DNA from: a virus
Lineage: Duplodnaviria; Caudoviricetes
Length of the DNA: 41,028 nucleotides
Reading direction: 5' to 3' (one strand)
Virus record (IMG/VR): IMGVR_UViG_3300048998_000197
Coordinates: 1-41,028 of that record
Positions 35,460-41,028 of the stretch are shown here, piece after piece. Position numbers and translations under genes: made by a program. Under the pieces are notes generated by a model. That model searched no databases. It had not been told where the DNA came from and worked only from the letters and a program-made list of their open reading frames with translations. Positions within the stretch are counted from its first letter, which is position 1. Each line of letters begins with the position of its first letter.

Positions 35460-37460
35460 GTGGGCGACGTTGAAACGCTGCTGAAGAAGATCGAGCAGGC
35501 CGCTGTGCTTGGTTTCGACGTGGAGTACACGAGCCCCACCATCAAGCTTCCCGGGCAGAAGGCGAAGCCCGACGCCCTTCGCGCCAAGCTGCACGGCTTT
35601 GCAATCGCCTACCTCTTGCCCGGTGAGCGCAAGCCCGGCAGTACCTACGTGCCCGTGCGGCACGAGGACGCGGACAACGCCGACAGCTTCGACGTGGCGC
35701 GCATTATCGATGCGCTGCTCGAGGCGGCGGACCGCGGGATCCGGGTGTGGGCCCACAACGCCAGCGCGGAGCTGCAGACCTGCATGAACGCGGGCTTCAT
35801 CAACGAGGGCACGCACTGCATGTTCCACGACTCGATGGTAGCCGTCTGGCTGCTGGGCAACCTGGACGAGGACGGCAACGAGAAGCGCAAGGGCGACGAC
35901 AAGCTGGCGCTGAAGTTCCTACGCGTGAAGATGTTGGGCAAGCCGGAGCGCCCGGACTTCCAAGCGATCACCAAGGGTCAGCCGCTCGAGACAGTGGCCC
36001 TGAGCGTGGTGGCCCCCTACTGCCGGCACGACGCCGTGGACTGCCTGGAGCTGGGCGAGTACGCCTGGGCCCGTCTTCCCGCCGAGTTGCAGCGCCACAT
36101 GGTCGAGCTGGATCAGAAGTGCATCGAGCCGATCCGCGCGATGGAAGCCGCGGGTATGGCGGTGGACACAGCCGCCCTGAGCGAAGCCGCCGCCGAGTGG
36201 TCGAAGCGCTGCGATGAGATCCGCGCCGAGTTCGAGCTGATGACCACCACGACCGTGAGCCTGCCCGTCAAGGTGAAGGTGGCCGACGGCCTGTTCAAGA
36301 ACGGGAACGTCAAGTATCGCACCGAGGTCCAGGACCTGGACTGTGAGCGCGGCGCCAACATCAGCAGCTCCGAGCAGATCAGCAAGTGGTGTTACGACGT
36401 GCTCAAGGTGTGGCCCACCGAGGGGCTCAAGCGCAACGCGAAGGGCGCCTTCAGCACCGAGAAGGAAACGCTCCTGCCGTTCTGTAAGCTGCCCGGCCTG
36501 GGCGGAGAGCTGGCGCGCATGCGGCTCGAGTTCAACAAGCTCGACAAGCTGGTGTCCACCTACTGCCGTCCGATGATCGCGGCCCCGTCGCAGTACGCCG
36601 ACGGGCGCCTGCACTGCCGGTTCAAGCTGACGGGCACGGACACGCAGCGCCTGAGTAGCAGCGGCCCCAACCTGCAGAACCTTCCTTCCCGCTCCAAGGA
36701 AGGGAAGGCAATCCGCAAGGCCATCGTGGCGCCCCCCGGTCGCAAGATCGTGGTGGTCGACGCCAACCAGGCCGAGCTGCGGATCGCGGCGCACCTGAGC
36801 CAGGACCCGGAGCTGAGCCTCTGCTACGAGCTGGAGGAAGATGTGCATGCCGGTACGCTGGCGATGCTGCGGGCGATGGACCCCAGCTTCGAGCGCACCG
36901 ACGCCAAGGTGGTCAACTTCAGCTCGCTGTACAACATCACGGCGCGCGCCCTCAGCGCGCCCGGCAAGATGAACTGCAGCGAGGAGCGAGCGCAGCTCGC
37001 CCTCGACACCTTCTACCGCCGCTTCCCCACCATCGAGGCGTTCAAGGAGTGGTGTTACAACTTCATCATTGAGAACGGCTACATGCGCACGGTCGACGGT
37101 TTCCGCCGCCCGATCTCCGGGAAGGTGGTGTTCGACAAGATCCTGCGCAAGCGCGCCCTCCACTGGATGAGCCGCAACCGCGGCCCCAACACCGCCATTC
37201 AGGGCAGCGTGGCGGGCATCATGAAGATCGCCATGGTCCGCCTGTATGACGAGTGGCGGGCAGCGGGCTTCTGGGGTCACGGCCCCAACCAGGTGGTGCT
37301 CATCTGCCAGGAGCACGACAGCTTCGTGGCCGAGGCCGGCGAAGCCGTGGCCGAGCGCGCCAAGGCGGACATGATCCGCCACGTCGAGACCGCAGTGAAG
37401 CTTCGTGTCCCCTTCAAGGCCGACGGCAAAATCGGGAACAGCTGGGCCGACTGTAAGTGA
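35460..37460 (+). CDS. Family A DNA polymerase with 3'-5' exonuclease
   Basis: Exo motifs FDVE, AHN, YCRHD; RLSSSGPNLQN; motif A DANQAELR, motif B RTDAKVVNF..LY, motif C HDS; RBS ggagg before GTG 35460. Confidence 0.92.
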   Translation: MGDVETLLKKIEQAAVLGFDVEYTSPTIKLPGQKAKPDALRAKLHGFAIAYLLPGERKPGSTYVPVRHEDADNADSFDVARIIDALLEAADRGIRVWAHNASAELQTCMNAGFINEGTHCMFHDSMVAVWLLGNLDEDGNEKRKGDDKLALKFLRVKMLGKPERPDFQAITKGQPLETVALSVVAPYCRHDAVDCLELGEYAWARLPAELQRHMVELDQKCIEPIRAMEAAGMAVDTAALSEAAAEWSKRCDEIRAEFELMTTTTVSLPVKVKVADGLFKNGNVKYRTEVQDLDCERGANISSSEQISKWCYDVLKVWPTEGLKRNAKGAFSTEKETLLPFCKLPGLGGELARMRLEFNKLDKLVSTYCRPMIAAPSQYADGRLHCRFKLTGTDTQRLSSSGPNLQNLPSRSKEGKAIRKAIVAPPGRKIVVVDANQAELRIAAHLSQDPELSLCYELEEDVHAGTLAMLRAMDPSFERTDAKVVNFSSLYNITARALSAPGKMNCSEERAQLALDTFYRRFPTIEAFKEWCYNFIIENGYMRTVDGFRRPISGKVVFDKILRKRALHWMSRNRGPNTAIQGSVAGIMKIAMVRLYDEWRAAGFWGHGPNQVVLICQEHDSFVAEAGEAVAERAKADMIRHVETAVKLRVPFKADGKIGNSWADCK

Positions 37461-37467
37461 GGACGCC

Positions 37468-37881
37468 ATGCTCTACACCATTCACCACACAATCCCTGCC
37501 GCCGTACGTCGTGAGCTGCAAGAGCTGCACGAGGATGTCCTGCCGGCCGACGACGTGCCGGGGTTCCGCGGCCACTCCGCCGCGGTCCTGCGCTTCGACG
37601 CTGAGGGCCCTGTCGTCTCTTTTGTGACGTGGCGAACCAGCACCCGTGGGGCATGGCTCGACCGTATCGGAGTCGCCGCTGAGTGGCGCAAGAACGGCTT
37701 TGCGCGGGGCATGCTCGACCTCGCTCTGGCCGAGGGTGACGGGCTCCCCTGGCGCACCTACATCGCCGCTCACAACATCCCATCTCAGCGGCTGTTCATC
37801 TCGCGGGGCTTTGTGCCCTACAAGTTCTTCACGCAACAGTCTACCAGCTTCATTCGATTCCAGAAAGGTCTCAGCAAGTGA
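37468..37881 (+). CDS. GNAT-family acetyltransferase
   Basis: LDRIGVAAEWRKNGFARGM acetyl-CoA motif; NIPSQRLFISRGF. Confidence 0.8.
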   Translation: MLYTIHHTIPAAVRRELQELHEDVLPADDVPGFRGHSAAVLRFDAEGPVVSFVTWRTSTRGAWLDRIGVAAEWRKNGFARGMLDLALAEGDGLPWRTYIAAHNIPSQRLFISRGFVPYKFFTQQSTSFIRFQKGLSK

Positions 37882-38864
37882 AACAAGCGAACACCGACAA
37901 GGCAGTGATCCTCGAGCTGCGCCAGCAGATCGCCCAGCTCGAACAGGGCCAACGCCTTGAGCAGGACATCAAGCGGCTCAGCAACCGTATCGAGCTTCCC
38001 GGGAAGAAGCCGCTCATGCGCTTCGCGCCGCGACACACGCGCCCGGCGGTCGCAACCCTGCTCTGCTCCGACTGGCATGTGGGCGAGACCGTGAACCCGG
38101 CCACGGTCAACGGCCTGAACGAGTTCAACCCCAAGATTGCCGAGGCCCGCATGGAGCGCCTGTTTGCAGGCGCGCGCTATCAGGTCGAGCACAAGCGCTC
38201 GATGTTCGACATCCGCCGCATGCTCGTCGTCCTGAACGGCGACATGATCAGCGGCTACATCCATCCGGAGCTGGTCGAGTCCAACAGCATGAGCCCCGTG
38301 CGGGAAGTCATGTTTGCGGCCAAGCACATCATTCGCGGGCTGCGCTCGCTGCTCGAGGTGGAGGACCTGGACCTGCACGTTGTGTGTCAGTTCGGAAACC
38401 ACGGCCGCACCACGCACAAGACCCATATCGCCACGGCGGCGGACAACAGCTACGAGACTTTGCTCTACCACTTCGTGGCCGCCCACTTCAAGAGCGAGAA
38501 GCGCATCACCTGGCAGCTGCCCACGGGCCACCATGCAGTCACCACCGCGGCGGGCATGCGCGTGCACATCCACCACGGCGACAGCGTGCGCTCACAGGGC
38601 GGCGTCGGCGGAATCCTCGTGCCGCTCAACCGGGCAGCCGGTCGGTGGCGCGAGATGTTCAAGGCGCAGCTCAGCCTGGTGGGCCACTTCCACCAGTACC
38701 ACCCTGGCCAGAAGCTCATCGTGAACGGCTCGCTCGTTGGTCACGGCACGTTCCCGGACTTCCTCGGCTACGAGCCGGAGCCCGCGCAGCAGGCGTTCTT
38801 TCTCATCGACGCCAAGCGCGGAGTCACTGAGCACTGCCCGATCTGGGTACAAGAGCCTGCATGA
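37878..38864 (+). CDS. Calcineurin-like metallophosphoesterase
   Basis: SDWH, GDM, GNHG, HHGD and GHFH motifs. Confidence 0.85.
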   Translation: MKQANTDKAVILELRQQIAQLEQGQRLEQDIKRLSNRIELPGKKPLMRFAPRHTRPAVATLLCSDWHVGETVNPATVNGLNEFNPKIAEARMERLFAGARYQVEHKRSMFDIRRMLVVLNGDMISGYIHPELVESNSMSPVREVMFAAKHIIRGLRSLLEVEDLDLHVVCQFGNHGRTTHKTHIATAADNSYETLLYHFVAAHFKSEKRITWQLPTGHHAVTTAAGMRVHIHHGDSVRSQGGVGGILVPLNRAAGRWREMFKAQLSLVGHFHQYHPGQKLIVNGSLVGHGTFPDFLGYEPEPAQQAFFLIDAKRGVTEHCPIWVQEPA

Positions 38865-39301
38865 GGACGCACTGTAAGCACGGGCATGAGCTGTCGGTCG
38901 TCGGAGTCCGTTCCGACGGCTACTGCCGCGAGTGTTCGCGACGCAGCCGCGCCAAGGCACCGACTAACGAGACGTGTTCACGAGGTCACCGGTTGGCGGA
39001 TGTTGGCTGGACGGCTGTGAACGGGCGCTGCAAGGCGTGCCATTCGGAGAACCAACGAGCGCGCACGTCCGGGTGCTCCCCCGACGCGTATCGTACACTC
39101 TGGGAGCGGCAGCGAGGGTGTTGTGCCATCTGCCAGAAACCGGAGACTGTGTGTCGTAAGGGCAGACCGCTGGCGTTGGCGGCGGACCACAGTCATACTT
39201 CAGGAGAGGTCAGGGGACTGTTATGTTCAAAGTGCAATCGAGGTCTCGGCTTGTTCGCGGACGATCCAGAACTACTCCGCCGCGCAGCAGAGTATGTATA
39301 A
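38861..39301 (+). CDS. Recombination endonuclease VII-like nuclease (probably homing)
   Basis: CAIC..LAADHSHTSGEVRGLLCSKCNRGLG; two N-terminal CxxGH..CxxC repeats. Confidence 0.85.
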   Translation: MRTHCKHGHELSVVGVRSDGYCRECSRRSRAKAPTNETCSRGHRLADVGWTAVNGRCKACHSENQRARTSGCSPDAYRTLWERQRGCCAICQKPETVCRKGRPLALAADHSHTSGEVRGLLCSKCNRGLGLFADDPELLRRAAEYV

Positions 39302-39332
39302 AGGTAGCCCAAGTCTGGGTTCAGGAGGCAGC

Positions 39333-39764
39333 GTGACGCCGGTCTGGTTTCGCTTCGACCGTCAGCGGGATTACGAGGAGGTGATGCTGGCGTGGATCGA
39401 GGAGCTTACAGGCAGCCCAACTTGCTTCCCGCATCCCGGTTACGACCCGAGCGCGTTCGTGCCGGAGCTGATTCCGGTGCTCGACGCCTGGGTGATGACC
39501 AAGGACGCCATGGCGCTGGTGACCACCCACAAAGGTGACTGGCTGGGCACGACACCGGGCGAAGTGCTACTGTGCCACGGAGACAACGCGCTGAAGATGG
39601 TGAACGGGGCCGTGGGGCCACTACACATCTACCACGGTTGCTCGGCATACGGTGTCGGCAGGCCCACACCGTGGCGACTGTTCACCAAGGCACCGGAAGT
39701 TCACACGTCGCCCGTTGCCATCCGGCGGCAGGCAAGAGTCTTGGCAAAATGGAGGGTAGGATGA
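39333..39764 (+). CDS. Hypothetical protein
   Basis: RBS ggagg before GTG; high-GC3 frame; ATGA overlap downstream. Confidence 0.6.
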   Translation: MTPVWFRFDRQRDYEEVMLAWIEELTGSPTCFPHPGYDPSAFVPELIPVLDAWVMTKDAMALVTTHKGDWLGTTPGEVLLCHGDNALKMVNGAVGPLHIYHGCSAYGVGRPTPWRLFTKAPEVHTSPVAIRRQARVLAKWRVG

Positions 39765-40273
39765 CAGCGAAACGGACAGAGCCGGTACTGAGCACCGACA
39801 GCGAGGAGCGCAAGCGGACCCCGATCTATTCGGGTCTCATCGCCTACGCGCCCCTGGCCCTTGCGGCCATGGCGCGGGTGAGCCAGCGCGGGAACGACAA
39901 GCACAACCCCGGGCAGCCGCTGCACCACAACCGCGACAAGTCGGGCGACCACCTGGACTGCGTAGCACGGCACCTGTGCGACGCGGAGACCTACAATGAG
40001 GAGCTGGGCGAGTACGAGGACGCAGCCTGTATGGCGTGGCGGGCTGTGATGTTCCTGCAGGAGCTGGAAGAGGGGCGCCTGGGCAAGGGCCTACCGCCCG
40101 GCGCCCGCAAGTCACCGCAGCCCGCGGAGCCGGCGACCCCCGCACGTGCGTCCTGGATATGCCTCTTCTGTCAGGGCTCCGGGTTCGTCGACGGGCGTAC
40201 GTGCGGGACGTGTAGGGGTTCGGGCTTCCGGCCAGCCGCGTCCCCGAAGGATGGCAACCACCACACTCGATAA
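39761..40273 (+). CDS. dATP/dGTP diphosphohydrolase-domain protein (DUF5664-like) with a C-terminal CxxCxGxG Zn finger
   Basis: YAPLALAAMARVSQRGNDKHNPG..DHLDCVARHL..MAWRA; CLFCQGSG..CGTCRGSG. Confidence 0.7.
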   Translation: MTAKRTEPVLSTDSEERKRTPIYSGLIAYAPLALAAMARVSQRGNDKHNPGQPLHHNRDKSGDHLDCVARHLCDAETYNEELGEYEDAACMAWRAVMFLQELEEGRLGKGLPPGARKSPQPAEPATPARASWICLFCQGSGFVDGRTCGTCRGSGFRPAASPKDGNHHTR

Positions 40274-41028
40274 GGCGCGCGCACGGGCACTGCTGAACGA
40301 GAAGCGGCGGCGGGAGAGATTCCCTGCCGCCGTTTCCGCTTTGGTTGCGGGCCTGTTCCCGGCCCAGCGCCGCATCTTCGACAGCAAGCACCGCCGCCGG
40401 CTGTGCCACGCCGGCCGCCGCGGAGGTAAGACCAGCGTATTGCTGGCGCTGGCCCTGTCCAGCGCCCTCAAGCACCCCGGCGCCATGGTCCCCATCATCG
40501 AGCGGACCCTGAGCTGCGCCGCGGCCGACGCGCTCTGGCAGGAGCTGCAGATGTGGGCCGTCAAGCACGGCGTGGACGTGAAGTTTCAGCACACGTTGAA
40601 GATCGCCACGCTGCCCAACGGCTCATACCTCCAGATGTGGGGCGCCGACACCGCCGAGGCGGCAGACAAGCTACGCGGCGGCAAGTTCCACACCGTCCTG
40701 GTCGATGAGATCGGCGCCTGGCGCAGCAGCATCCTGCGCTTCCTGGTGGTCGATGTTCTCGAGCCCGCCACCTTCGACTTCCGCGGTGAGATCGTGCTCC
40801 TGGGCACGCCCACCGTGCTCAAGGAAGGCTACTTCTGGGATTGCGTCAACAACCCTGGCTGGGAGAAGCACCACTGGACGCTGCTGGACAACCCGTACAT
40901 CGGCGAGTCACGGCAGGCGCGGGAAGAGCAGCTGGCCGAGGTGCGGGCCACCAACTGCTGGACCGAAAAGACCAGCCAGTACATCCGGGAGTACCTGGGC
41001 GAGTTCACCGACACGTTCGACGAGTGCG
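40251..41028 (+). CDS. terL: Terminase large subunit, N-terminal ATPase domain (3' partial)
   Basis: Not in the ORF track because the frame is open to the window end. Walker A AGRRGGKT, Walker B VLVDE, coupling motif LLGTP, DNPY, REYLGEF. Confidence 0.9.
   Translation, partial: MATTTLDKARARALLNEKRRRERFPAAVSALVAGLFPAQRRIFDSKHRRRLCHAGRRGGKTSVLLALALSSALKHPGAMVPIIERTLSCAAADALWQELQMWAVKHGVDVKFQHTLKIATLPNGSYLQMWGADTAEAADKLRGGKFHTVLVDEIGAWRSSILRFLVVDVLEPATFDFRGEIVLLGTPTVLKEGYFWDCVNNPGWEKHHWTLLDNPYIGESRQAREEQLAEVRATNCWTEKTSQYIREYLGEFTDTFDEC

Noticed and set aside
39761-40273. 2-aminoadenine (Z) genome system suggested by the dATP/dGTP diphosphohydrolase
   Set aside because: No PurZ or adenylosuccinate-synthetase-like gene and no HD-type dATPase was recognised.
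1-41028. Prophage or temperate module; alternative genetic code
   Set aside because: No integrase, repressor pair or host flanks were recognised, and genes read through normally with standard stop codons.

Overview
A GC-rich (roughly two-thirds G+C by eye), near-complete tailed-phage genome with a podovirus-like layout. The terminase large subunit is split across the two ends of the window (40251-41028 and 1-632), so the contig is probably a circular or permuted genome with a small gap. Modules: small accessory genes around divergent early promoters (~0.6-6.4 kb); a structured, mostly non-coding region (~6.4-7.87 kb); a virion operon (portal, scaffold, capsid, adaptor, fibre, nozzle, four ejection-type proteins, membrane and lipoprotein lysis candidates, 7.87-26.2 kb); a leftward operon ending in a lysozyme (27-29 kb); and a replication and nucleotide-metabolism operon (DnaB-like helicase, RuvC-like resolvase, HAD nucleotidase, N6-adenine methylase, YqaJ exonuclease, ERF, family A polymerase, GNAT, metallophosphoesterase, Endo VII, dATP/dGTP diphosphohydrolase). 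Five HNH genes are present. I recognised no integrase, primase, RNA polymerase, tRNA or CRISPR array. The strongest unexplained signal is an asymmetric 8-mer, GCGGGAAG/CTTCCCGC. I counted about 43 copies by eye, almost evenly split between strands and often written into genes through minor codons. Also notable: an ejection-protein-like gene carrying an R-S-ExE ADP-ribosyltransferase domain, a RuvC-like gene with no canonical start codon directly behind an HNH gene, and a promoter/leader motif shared by three loci. All family calls come from motif recognition, not database searches.
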